From Squalus acanthias (taxonomy: Eukaryota), in the NCBI GenBank assembly GCA_030390025.1, contig CM059425.1:162752001-162816000 (forward strand): a stretch of DNA of 64,000 nt. The letters are read 5' to 3'. The translations under genes were made by a program, and so were the position numbers. Under the pieces are notes generated by a model. The model saw nothing but the letters and a program-made list of their open reading frames with translations. It searched no databases and was not told the origin of the DNA. The number at the start of each line of letters is the position of its first letter. Within the stretch, counting starts at the first letter, position 1. Shown piece after piece: positions 51,796 through 63,742 of the stretch.

Positions 51796-53698
51796 CTATT
51801 TATGTGGGAACTTTCTTTTACGAGTGCTTCTACGTGGTACTACCCCTGTGGCTTCAGCAGATGTAGAGGCAGCCTGCTCACTTCCCTGCTGCACCTGCTT
51901 AGACGCCTTTGGCGGTCGACCGCTGGGTTTTGGAGCCTGTGAGGGCCCCGCCAAAGTCTGCTCCTCCTGTGGCTGTGCAGGGGCAGACTCGGCCATCACT
52001 GTTCGGGGAGGCGTCTGGGGCCCTGACCGAGGGGTTGGCAAGGGGGTGGACGTTTGATCGCTTGGAGAGGAGCCCCCACTTCCATGCCCCTCCCACCATC
52101 ATCCCTCTCATGGGCCACCCGCACTTCTCTGCTAGCAAGTAGCTGGAGAGCACCTTGCTGCACATCAGTGGGGCCATGAGGACCCATGTCTGTACTGAGA
52201 TTCCTCATAACAAGGACGTCCATGAACCTCTGTTATCTCTCCTCAATAGATGCCCATCTATCCTCCATAGATGACCATCTATTTAGAAGTGTTACCATGT
52301 TCTCCTGAGACTGGCAATTTATGTCCTCCATGGAGGTTGCCATCCAATCCATGGCGGTACCTACAGTTGGCAGTGTGTGCGCCATGGCATTGCTCATTTT
52401 CGAGATGGACTTTGCATTCTCTGCACACTCTCAGTCACCGTGGTTGCAAACCCTGTCAGAGCCGCCTGCACTTGTTCCTGAAGCTCCAGGATCGCTCTCT
52501 TCCTGGATGGCCCCCGAGGCTCAGCGTCTACATGCAGCTGAGCAGAGCTAGGAGCGTCCTGCGGCATCTGACGAGGAGTCTCCACTGCTGTCCCTGTCTC
52601 CATCATCTGATCTTGCTCACTTGTTACTTCTGATACACCAGGTGACAACACTACTCTATCTCGCAAAGGACCCATTGAGGTGTGTGTCTCTGCACTGGTG
52701 CTGGGTGCGCTCATTTCTGCTGACGCTGCTCCCTCAGAGGCTGATGGATCCTCTGAGGAGTCCTCCTGCTCTTCCTCCTGGACAGTTGTGGGGGTGGGGG
52801 GGCTCTTGATGGTCCTGTGGGAGAGTAAAGACATGAGTTAGACATGTGATATGTAGATTGCAGACACATCCCATTGTGCACATGATGAGCATGCAATTTC
52901 TATTGACATCAGATCCCATATGAGTCACTCATGAATGCCAAATAAGATGTATGGAAAATAATTCTGTCACCAGGTTGTTCTAATGAGCCCCTCTTTCCGT
53001 CCCCCACTTCAGGCTGGTCAACTACTCCTGCAATGTCCAGAGATGCCTCCTCAGTGGTGGTGTTGAGCCAACGATGGTGGTCCTCCTCCTGTTCTCTCCC
53101 TCTTATTGTGGGCTCTCTTTTCCTGCAATGAGGGAAAGAAGTGCAGTTTTAGTGAGAGTGATGGAATGCGTGTAAAGAATGGATAGGATAGATGTTTAGA
53201 GGGAGACTATGATGGAGTGGGGTGCCAATACCAAGTTGCCTCCTTTTGAGTTGTTAGTTGTTGTCATTGCATAATGTTGAGGGTGGGATGCATAGTAAGA
53301 TGGGAATGTGATTCTGTAGATAGGGAGACAGGGGTGGGTGATGGTGCAAGGGATGTTGGGGTGAGTTAGGATGTGCGGGAGTAGGGATGGCAATGCAAAG
53401 TGATGGGGATGTGATGACAGGCACAGCAGAATTAAGGTAAGCGTGCTTTTATACTCACTTTTCCTGAACGCAGGAGATCATTAAACCTCTTCTTACATTG
53501 CACCCAGGTGCGAGCAACAACAGACCTTGCATTCACCTCCTCAGCTATTTGCAGCCAGGCTGCCTTTGTCTGATGAGGAGGTCTCCTCCTTCCATCCCCA
53601 GGGAATAGAACCTTCCTGCGTCCTCTGACTTCCTCCACAAGAACATGGAGGGAGTCTTCGTTGAATCGTGGCGCAGCCCTTTGTCTCTCTGCAGTCAT
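51796..53698 (-). pseudogene. Harbinger copy 2 Myb/SANT-like gene, 3 exons, frameshifted
   Basis: MTAERQRAAPRF...WLQIAEEVN...RTWVQCKKRFNDLLRSGK|gtgagt. Exon 2 (EKRAHNK, about 53122) and exon 3 (about 52814) are at the same positions as in copy 1. Ends RRSTRKRKFPHK*. Confidence 0.88.
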
Positions 53699-55174
53699 TT
53701 TTCAAACAAGCAGCACTCAGGAGCATGAAATCAGAAGTGAGAGCAAAAGGGGACATGGCCCCCTTAAATAGACCGGCAACGAACGTGTCATCAGAGGACC
53801 TCACCAGACCCACACCTTGTAATTGGGCCCGGTAACGCGCACGGCGGGCTTAACAAGCCCAATCAACACAAAATTGTTTGCACAGAGCGGCTAGAGCCGA
53901 AAGCGGGTCCGGGATCCGCCAACTAGCTCTCCCGCTGCGAACCTGCCTCCGCTGCCAAAATCCAGCCCAACTGTCACAATAAAGTATTACTGTGCCTCGA
54001 AGGAAAAAGTATGGTAAGTGTTCATTAAAAGGGCCTCTCTACTTTGAATTATTTGCAATCCCAGTTAGCTATCAGCTTTTTAAAACAACATATTGCAGTA
54101 TGTCACTGCCTTTGACCGCAAATAATTCACTAGAGTTATGGCTGTCTCAATTCATCACACAGGCAAGGCTACAGGAGCATTTGTAATCGCATGTAACTGA
54201 GAGAAGATGCCCATAAAATGTATCCAGGCATTGAATGCTCAGACATTCACATCACTTCAGCTTTGTGGTCGACAGTGCAGTATATATTTACAATAACTGA
54301 TTAACATTCTTTTCAAAATTCGAACTTTAAAAATGTTTTGATCTGCTGAATGTTTTCCTCCTCAATAAACTCAAACACTACTTACATGGCATTACTCGTA
54401 CTTCATCATTTTGATTGTACATCAAAACCCTGTACAGTTTTATGGGTACCTTCCCTCGGTTACACGTGATTAGTAATATATTCTGTCTCCCCTTGAAATG
54501 CTACTGTAGCTTTGCCATGTGTGATGAATTGAGTCAGCTGTAACTCTAGTGAATTGTTCGGGAACCCACCCATTGCGTCACACGCACACTGGAGTTAAAA
54601 CTCCGGGTTTCCCGCCGTTTACCTGGTCCCCCCGCACCGTGCGGGTGGGAAATGGGAAAATCCCAGCCAAAGATACTAACTGTGGTCCCGATTTTAACTC
54701 CAGGTGGATTCCCTGCTCAGGCCTGAGATAAAATTACAGTTGGGTCTCAATGTTGTTATCGGGCCGCAACATGTATATGTAAAGAAGGACCCTGTTGGCT
54801 CCGGGCACGTGTCCTCGCTGCCTGCTCAGGTGAGCAGGTTACAATTGCAGATCATCATAGAATCATAGAAATCCCTTGTTATTGACCCTTCTGCTAAGAG
54901 AAATAGTTCCTTCCTATCCACTCTATCTAGGCCCCTCATAATTTTATACACCCCAATTAGGTCTCCCCTCAGCCTCCTCTGTTCCAAAGAAAACAACCCC
55001 AGCCTCTCCAATCATTCCTCATAGCTAAAATTCCCTAGCCCAGGCAACATCCTCATAAATCTCCTCTGCACCCCCTCTAGTGCAATCACATTCTTCCTGT
55101 AATGTGGTGACCAGAACTGCACGCAGTATTCTAGCTGCGGTCTAACTAGTGTTTTATGCAGTTCAAGCATAACC

Positions 55175-55741
55175 GTAAGGAGGACCCCGAGCTCCTGGTC
55201 GCCTGTCACTTTAATTCATCGCTTCACTCCCACTCTGACCTCACCATCCTTGGCCTATTACACTGTTCCACGGAAGCGCAGCGTAAGCTCGAGGAACAGC
55301 ACCTCATCTTTTGTTTAGGCACGCTACAGCCCTCTGGACTCAATATCGAGTTCAACAATTTTAGATCATAACCTTAGCCCCATCACATTTATATTTTATT
55401 TTCTCATCCACCCTTTTATTTGCCCCCCACCCCTTTTTTTTTCCCTCCTAGAAGCTGGCAGCTGTCCTTCATTCTGCCAGTGCATTTCACACTTCTTTCA
55501 GCCTTAACCTGTCACATTAACACCACCTCTTGCCTTGAATATCTCTTAATGTCTCTTAATCTCTCCTTTAGTTCTTTCATCCCCTCCCCCTTTTCCCAGC
55601 TTTATCCTTGCCTTAAATCTATTTGATTTCCTGCTGTCTCCAGTTCTGATGAAAGGTCTTCGACCTGAAACGTTAACTCAGTTTCTCTCTCCACGGATGC
55701 TGCCTCGCCTGCTGAGTTTTTCCAGCGTTTTCTGTTGTTAT
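55175..55741 (+). mobile_element. Penelope-like element 3' fragment (GIY-YIG C-terminus plus terminal repeat)
   Basis: VACHFNS..HSHSD...RKLEEQHLIFCLGTLQPSGLNIEF; 13-bp TSD TTCAAGCATAACC (55162-55174 and 55742-55754). Confidence 0.92.
55641..55678 (+). ncRNA. Minimal type-I hammerhead ribozyme motif
   Basis: AGTT-CTGATGA-A-AGGTC(TTC)GACCT-GAAAC-GTT-AACT: intact core, stem II hairpin, palindromic stem III (AACGTT), short stem I AGTT/AACT. Confidence 0.75.
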
Positions 55742-55910
55742 TTCAAGCATAACCTCCCTGCTCTTATATTCTATGCCTCAGCTCATAAAGGCAAGTATCC
55801 CATATGTATTCTTAACCACCTTATCTACCTGTCCTGCTACCTTCAGGGATCTGTGGACATGCACTCCAAGGTCCCTCTGATCTTCTGCACTTCTCAGTGT
55901 CCTACCATTT

Positions 55911-58900
55911 ATAAGAACATAAGAACATAAGAAATAGGAGCAGGAATAGGCCACTTGGCCCCTCGAGCCTGCTCCGCCATTCAATAAGATCATGGCTAAT
56001 CTAGGGCTTAAAGCCACTTCCCAGCCAACTCCCCATAACCCTTCACTCCCTTATCTTGCAAAAATTTGTCTCTCTCCACTTTAAATGTATTTAATGACCC
56101 AGCCTCCACAGCTCTCTGGGGCAGAGAATTCCACAAATTTACGACCCTCTGAGAGAAGAAGTTCCTCCTCATCTCAGTTCTAAAAGAGCGACCCTTTATT
56201 CTGAGACTGTGCCCCCGAGTTCTAGATTTCCCCATGAGGGGAAACATCCTCTCTGCATTTACCCTGTCGAGCCCCCTCAGTATCTTATATGTTTCAATAA
56301 GATCACCTCTCATTCTTCTAAATTCCAATGAGTATAGGCCCAGCCTGCTCAACCCTTCCTCATAAGTCAAACCCCTCATCTCTGGAATTAACCTAGTGAA
56401 TCGTCTCTGAACTGCCTCCAATGCAAGTATATCCTTCTTTAACTAAGGAAACCAAAACTGTACGCAGTACTCAAGGTGTGGTCTCACCAATACCTTGTAC
56501 AGTTGTAGCAGGACTTCCCTGCTTTTATACTCCAACCCCCTTGAAATAAAGGCCAACATTCCATTTGTCTTTTTGATTACTTGCTGTACCTGCATGCTAA
56601 CTTTTTGTGTTTCATGCACAAGGACCCCCAGGTCCCTCTGAACTGTAGCATTTTGTAATCTCTCTCCATTTAAATAATAGTTTGCTTTTTTATTTTTCCT
56701 GCCAAAGTGGATATCCTCGCACTTTCCCACATTATACTCCATCTGCCAAATGTTTGCCCACTCACCTAGCCTGTCTATATCCCTTTGCAGATTCTTTGAG
56801 TCCTCTGCACAACTTGCTTTCCCACCCATCTTTGTATCATCCGCAAACTTGGCTACATACACTCGATCCCTTCATCCAAGTCATTAATGTAGATTGTAAA
56901 TAGTTGGGGCCCCAGCTAATGGCTAGGGGCCCCTCCTTGTGGCACCCCACTAGTTACCGTTTGCCAACCAGAAAATGACCCATTTATCCCGACTCTCTGC
57001 TTTCTGTTAGTTAGCCAATTCTCTATCCATGTTAATATATTACCCCCAACTCCGTGAGCTCTTATCTTATGCAGTAACCTTTTATGTGGCACCTTATCGA
57101 ATGCCTTCTGGGAATCCAAATATACAACATCCACTGGCTCACCCTTGCCCACCCTGCTTGTTACATCCTCAAAGAACTCCAGCAAATTTGTTAAACATGA
57201 TTTCCCTTTCCTAAAACTATGCTGACTCTGTTTGACTGCAGTATGTTTTTCTAAATGCCCTGCTACTGCTTCCTTAATGAAGGACTCCAGCATTTTCCCA
57301 ACGACAGATGTTAGGCTAACTGGTCTATAGTTTCCTGCTTTCTGTCTCCCTCCTTTCTTAAATAGGGGTGTTACATTAGCGGTTTTCCAATCCACTAGGA
57401 CCTCTCCAGAGTCCAGGGAATTTTGGTATACATAGATACATAGAACAGTACAGCACAGTACAGGCCCTTCGGCCCTCGATGTTGTGCCGAGCATTGTCTG
57501 GGACCAAGATCAAGCTATCACACTCCCTATCACTCTGGTGTGCTCCATGTGCTTATCCAATAACCGCTTGAAAGTTCCTAAAGTGTCCGACTCCACTATC
57601 ACAGCAGGCAGTCCATTCCACACCCCAACCACTCTCTGAGTAAAGAATCTACCTCGGACTTCCCTTCTATATCTCCCCCCATGCACCTTATAGTTATGCC
57701 CCCTTGTAACAGCTGCCTCTACCCGAGGAAATAGTCTCTGAACATCCACTCTATCTATCCCCCTCATCATCTTATAAACCTCTATTAAGTCGCCTCTCAT
57801 CCTCCTCCGCTCTAAAGAGAAAAGCCCCAACTCCCTCAATCTTTCCTCATAAGACCTCCCCCCCAAACCAGGCAGCATCCTGGTAAATCTCCTTTGCACT
57901 CTTTCCAATGCTTCCACGTCCTTCCTATAGTGAGGTGACCAGAACTGCACACAATATTCCAAATGTGGTCTCACCAAGGTCCTGTACAGTTGCAGCATAA
58001 CCTCACGGTTCTTAAACTCAAACCCTCTGTTAATAAACGCCAACACACCATAGGCCTTCTTTACTGCTCTATCCACTTGAGTGGCAACCTTCAGAGATCT
58101 GTGGATATGAACCCCCAGATCCCTCTGCTCCTCCACGTTCCTCAGAACCCTGCCGTTGACCCTGTAATCCTTATTCAAATTTGCCCTACCAAAATGAATC
58201 ACCTCGCACTTATCAGGGTTAAATTCCATCTGCCATTTTTCGGCCCAGCTCTGCATCCTATCAATGTCTCTTTGCAGCCTACAACTGCCCTCCACCTCAT
58301 CCACTACTCCACCAATCTTGGTGTCATCAGCAAATTTACTGATCCACCCTTCAGTCCCCTCCTCCAAGTCATTGATAAAAATCACAAACAGCAGAGGACC
58401 CAGCACCGACCCCTGTGGCACACCGCTGGTAACTGGTCTCCAGTCCGAAAATGTTCCATCCACCACCACCCTCTGCCTTCTATGAGATAGCCAGTTACTT
58501 ATCCAATCGGCCAAATTTCCCTCTATCCCACAACTCCTTACTTTCTTCATGAGACGACCATGGGGAACCTTATCAAACGCCTTACTAAAATCCATGTATA
58601 CGACATCAACTGCTCTACCTTCATCTACACACTTAGTTACCTCCTCAAAGAATTCAATCAAATTTGTTAGGCAAGACTTACCCTTCACGAATCCGTGTTG
58701 ACTATCCCTGATTAAGTTGCCCCTTTCCAAATGGTCATAAAGCCTATCCCTCAGGACCTTTTCCATTATCTTACCAACCACCGAAGTAAGACTAATCGGC
58801 CTATAATTACCAGGGTCATTCCTATTTCCTTTCTTGAAGAGAGGAACAACATTCGCCACTCTCCAGTCCTCTGGCACCATCCTCGAGGACCCAAAGATCA

Positions 58901-60205
58901 AAGCCAGAGGCTCTGCAATCTCCTCCCTTGCCTCCCAAAGAATCCTAGGATATATCCCATCTGGCCCAGGGGACTTATCGACCCTCAGGTTCTTCAAAAT
59001 TGCTAAAACATCTTCCCTCAGAACATCTACCACCTCCAGCCTATCCACCTTTATCACACTCTCATCCTCAAGAACATGGCCCCTCTCCTCGGTGAACACT
59101 GACGAAAAGTATTCATTCATCACCTCTCCTCTCCTATCTCTTCTGACTCCATGCACAAGTTCCCACTACTGTCCTTGCAACCAATGCATCCACTATCTCT
59201 GCAGCCACTTCTTTTAAGACCCTGGGATGCAGGCCATCTGGTCCAGGGGACTTGTCGTCTTTTAGTCCCATTATTTTACCGAGTACTATTTCCTTAGTGA
59301 TAGTGATTGTCTTTAGTTCCCCACTCCCTGTGGCCCCTTGATTATCCATTATTGGGATGTTGTTAGTTTCTTCTACAGTGAAGACAGATGCAAAATATTT
59401 GTTCAGAGTCTCTGCCATTTCCCCATTCCCCATTATTAATTCCCCAGTCTCATCCTCTAAGGGACCAACGTTTACTTTAGCTTTCCTCTTCCTTTTTATA
59501 TACCTGTAGAAGCTCTTACTATCTGTTTTAATGTTTCTTGCCAGCTTACTCTCATAATTCATCTTCTCTCTCTTTATTATTTTTTTAGTCATCCTTTGCA
59601 GGTTTTTAAAAATTTCCCAATCCTCTGGTCTCCCACCAATCTTGGCAACATTGTATGCCTTCGTTTTCAATTTGATACCATCCTTTACTTCCTTAGTTAG
59701 CCACGGATGGTGCTCCCTTCTCTTAAAATCTTTCTTTCTCGCTGGAATATATTTTTGTTGAGAGTTATGAAATATCTCCTTAAATGTCCGCCACTGCATT
59801 TCAACTTTCTTACCCATTAATTTGTTTTTCCAGTCTACTTTAGCCAGTTCTGCCCTCATGCCATTATAATTGCCTTTGTTTAAGATCAGGACACTGGTTT
59901 GGGATACAACTTTCTTACCCTCCAACTGAATTTGAAATTCAACCATGCTATGATCACTCTTTCCTAGAGGATCCTTTACTATGAGATCATTTATTAATTC
60001 TGTCTCATTACATAGTACCAGATCCAAGATAGCCTGCTCCCTGGTTGGTTCCATTACATACTGTTCTAGGAAACCATCCCGGATGCACTCTATGAACTCC
60101 TCCTCTAGGCTACCATGGCCAATTTGATTTGTCCAATCAATATGGAAATTAAAATCACCCATGATTGTTACCGTACCTTTTTTACAGGCCTCCATTATTT
60201 GTTGA
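55911..60205 (-). mobile_element. CR1 ORF2 (EN to 3' end), same subfamily as 7084-12745, split by a younger CR1
   Basis: ORFs 59134-60249, 56916-57494, 56443-56862 and 56008-56421; (TTCTTATG)n tail. Confidence 0.92.
57429..59175 (-). mobile_element. Young 5'-truncated CR1 with an uninterrupted RT-to-C-terminus frame
   Basis: ORF 57510-59156 (548 aa) has no stops; short 3' UTR; (TATGTATC)-like tail. Confidence 0.93.
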
Positions 60206-60420
60206 TTTATAGTGTATTCCCTTGCCTTGTTAGCCCTCCCAAAATACATTATCTCATGTTGGCGGCTTTCAGACAGGTAAGTCCCAGGGCAATTTTAACT
60301 GCCCACCAGCCAGGTTTCTGCTGAGTGAGTAGGGTTAACATTGGGCCTGCTGCTCTGTTTCCAGTTTTGTTATAGATTTCCGGCAATATTTAGCTTTTTA
60401 TTAGGGTTTAATATCTGTTT

Positions 60421-61300
60421 ACATAGAAACATAGAAACATAGAAGATAGGAGCAGGAGTAGGCCATTCGGCCCCTCTAGCCTGCTCCGCCATTCAATGCG
60501 ATCATGGCTGATCATCCAAATTCAGAACCCTGTCGCTGCTTTCTCCCCATATCCCTTGATCCCTTTAGCCTTAAGAAATATATCCAACTCCTTCTTGAAT
60601 ATATTTAATGAATTGGCCTCTACTGCCTTCTGTGGTAGAGAATTCCACAGGTTCACCACTCTCTGGGTGAAGAAATTCCTCCTCATTTCTGTCCTAAATG
60701 GCTTACCCCTTATCCTTAGACTGTGACCCCTGGTTCTGGACTCCCCGACCATCGGGAACATCCTTCCTGCATCTAGTCTGTCCAGTCCTTTCAGAATTTT
60801 ATAAGTTTCAATGAGATCCCCTCTCATTCTTCTAAACTCCAGCGAGCATAAGCCCAATCGACCCAATCTCTCCTCATACTTCATTCCTGCCATCCCAGGT
60901 ATCAGCCTGGTGAATCTTCGCTGAACTCCTTCCATGGCAAGAACCTCCTTCCTCAGATAAGGCGACCAAAACTGCACACAATACTCAAGATGTGGTCTCA
61001 CCAAGGCCCTGTACAACTGCAGCAAGACATCCTTGTTCCTGTACTCAAACCCTCTCGCTACGAAGGCCAACATACCATTTGCCTTCTTAACCGCCTGCTG
61101 CACCTGCATGCTTACCTTCAGCGACTGGTGCACAAGGACACCCAGGTCTCGTTGCACTTCCCCTTCTCCCAATCTATTGCCATTCAGATAATAATCTGCC
61201 TTCCTGTTTTTGCCACCAAAGTGGATAACCTCGCATTTATCCACGTTATATTGCATCTGCCATGCTTCTGCTCAATCACCCAACCTGTCCAAATCATCCT
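60421..61300 (-). mobile_element. CR1 3' fragment
   Basis: ORF 60522-61256; (TTTCTATG)n tail. Confidence 0.92.
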
Positions 61301-62323
61301 GTAGTTTATGCTACAGTTTTGTTTCAAAACCAATTGTACAACACAAAATTATTTCTTCACCTTTTCCGTTTGCACCACTTCAAGTTACTATCACAATAAG
61401 TCAGGCAAAAAAATAATATTCTGTAAAATGTGCTTTAAGATACGCACCTCAAAATCATCTTGTTGTGAAATTAGTCGTCCAATCTCTAAATGCTCCACTT
61501 TGTTTAAGATTATGTTTTTCAGCTTTAAAAACATCTTCTCCACAGTCACTCCTTCAAACTGTGGAGACTAAACAGGGTTCGTGCACTACACAGGAAAGTG
61601 ACACAGGAAATGATCGGTGCTCAACAGAACACTTGCAACCCACAAAGCTTCTATTCTATGGTATACAATGCTTTTGTACTTTGAATTTAACTTCCTGAAA
61701 CCTATGCAAAACAGTCAAATCTGTTTTTAATTAACATGTAGAGGTATTAAAGTACAAATTGGAGCCCCTACTGCAATCAACTTCCACTATATAAATTGGG
61801 TAACTGATAATTTCACCAGAGCATTTGTTTCGTAATATTATAGTTAACTTTTCTTGCGTTATTATAAAGTACTGCTCCTCAGGTCTATGACAAGTTGGCC
61901 AGGCAGCAAGTATACTATTGGATCCTGGTTTGCTCGTGAGGACGATCTGTGCTCACACCACATGTATTTAAAAGGAATTAATACTACAGGCTGCTTTTGA
62001 AGTAGCAGAGATAACTTTCATAGGATCTTAGAATTTTATAACCGAGAAGGATGCCATTCAGCCCATCACTCCCATGCTAACTTTCTGGAAAGAACCACCA
62101 CTTAGTTCCATTCATCTCCCCCTTTCACATACCCGTTTATAGAAACTTATGTAAACTACATAGAAACCGTTTAGATATGAGATGAGAGACTATAATGTAA
62201 TTCTTCTCTGGGTATTTTTGATTATCAGTCTGTACTGCCACTCAGAATAAGAGCTGGATGTTCCCCAATACACACTGAATAACATGTCAGTTCCTATTTG
62301 AAGGATTTGTTTTAAAAGCTGTT

Positions 62324-63019
62324 GGGGGAGAAATTCATTACAGCCCCGTTTGGGGTGCTAGCTTTTAATAATTGAAAAAATTAGCGCCAGGCTAAATCAA
62401 GCGCTCCAATTCCTTCCTGGAGTACAACAGGCAGCAGGCGGGGCGGTAGGTGAGCAGCGCTGCACAATGGGCCGTGCAGCGCTGCCGTGTTGGAAGGCTC
62501 CTTCCCTCCCTTAACGGGAAGGGCCATCGCTGCAGGCTCTGCAAGGGGAAACCTTACCTGATCCCCGACGGCAGCCGCGATCCGGCCCGATCAGCCCGAT
62601 GCACTGCAGCAGAGTGCCGGGCTGATCGAGCGCTGGGGAAAAAAGCAAAGAAAACAGAAAACGAGCATTTGATGATTTATTTCCTACCTTGGCCACCTCG
62701 CCTTTAAGTATCGCCCCTGAAGCGCCCGGCCTCCCGATGAATGCCTCCGATGAATGGCGGTGTTTTCGCCCGGTGATGCTGCAGGGGGCGAAACCGAAGT
62801 TCGGGTCCAGGGCACTACCGGGGCGATGCGCACGGCGATAACGTCACAATCTTCGGGCGAAGGAGATCGGGGCGCAACACCATACCGCCGCCGCAAACCT
62901 CCTGCCGAATTTAGCGGGAGGCGATATTCTCGCCGCGCCCAGACGATAAGTGGTTAACGCCCCGTTATCGCCCCCCGGAGGCGATAACGGGAAGTGCAAA
63001 GGTATCCAATTTCTCCCCC
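62324..63019. mobile_element. GC/CpG-rich Harbinger-type MITE
   Basis: Perfect 12-bp TIR GGGGGAGAAATT and TSD GTT (62321-62323 and 63020-63022). Confidence 0.9.
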
Positions 63020-63417
63020 GTTATCTTTCCTTCCCACTTTAAGTATTACAAAATAATTAACATAATGAGGATTTGATTTTACCAACATTGACTGACTAGC
63101 ATGGGTGATTTACTGAAGAAATACTATAGAATATTAATGACTTAATATTTTTGAGGACATTAATTAAATCATTGAAACAATGAGCAGATAGTGAAATCTC
63201 TTGTTGACATATGGCACAAAGCCATCCGTCTCTGCACAAATCGCACCTAAAGAAGGCAAGAATTTACGACATTTGAGAACTTTTCTTTTGTGGTGATGAA
63301 TTTGCTTTGTGCTCTTCTATTATCTATTCGGTCTATATTAAGCTGAGAGGTTTGTCTTATGGCCGTGGTACCAGTCATCAATCTAAAGGGAATCTATGAA
63401 CAGGATTAAGGAACCTG

Positions 63418-63742
63418 TCATAGAATCAAAGAATAGTACAGCACAGAAGGAGGCCATTCGACCCATCAAGTCTGCGCCGGCTCTTTCGAAGAGCAATCCA
63501 GTTAGTCCATCTCCCCACTCTTTCCCCCTGTCCCTGCTTTGTTTTCTCCAAGTATTTGTCCAAATCACTTTTGAAGGCTACTATTGAATTTGTATCCACC
63601 ACCCTATCAGGCAGTGCATTTCAAATCCTAACCACTCGTTGCACAAAAAACAGTTTTTCCTCGTGTCTCCTCTGGTTCTTTTACCAATCACCTTAAAGCT
63701 GTGCCCTCTGCTTATCAACCCTTCAGCCATTGGAAACAGTTT
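63418..63742 (-). mobile_element. CR1 3' end fragment
   Basis: Remnant ORF2 end (RGHSFKVIG...RVVRIXNALP) and a 3' UTR with GGCCTCCTTCTGTGCTGT and ATTCT repeats. Confidence 0.82.

Larger units (their letters stand above)
41730..53968 (+). mobile_element. PIF/Harbinger DNA transposon (copy 2), carrying a provirus and a Penelope-like fragment
   Basis: Imperfect TIRs GGCCGTGATTTTGCCAGCG / CGCTGCCAAAATCCAGCCC; convergent transposase and Myb genes homologous to copy 1. TSD not clean. Confidence 0.9.
54856..60257 (-). mobile_element. Outer CR1 3' fragment (parts 54856-55910 and about 60206-60257) hosting nested insertions
   Basis: RPQLEYCVQFWSP. The sequence CCTACCATTTAT|AGTGTATTCCC is rejoined when 55911-60205 is removed. 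Confidence 0.8.

Noticed and set aside
57963..59217. Plus-strand ORFs antisense to CR1, and similar shadow ORFs over other LINEs and Harbingers
   Set aside because: They are shadow frames of the real RT or transposase coding strands.
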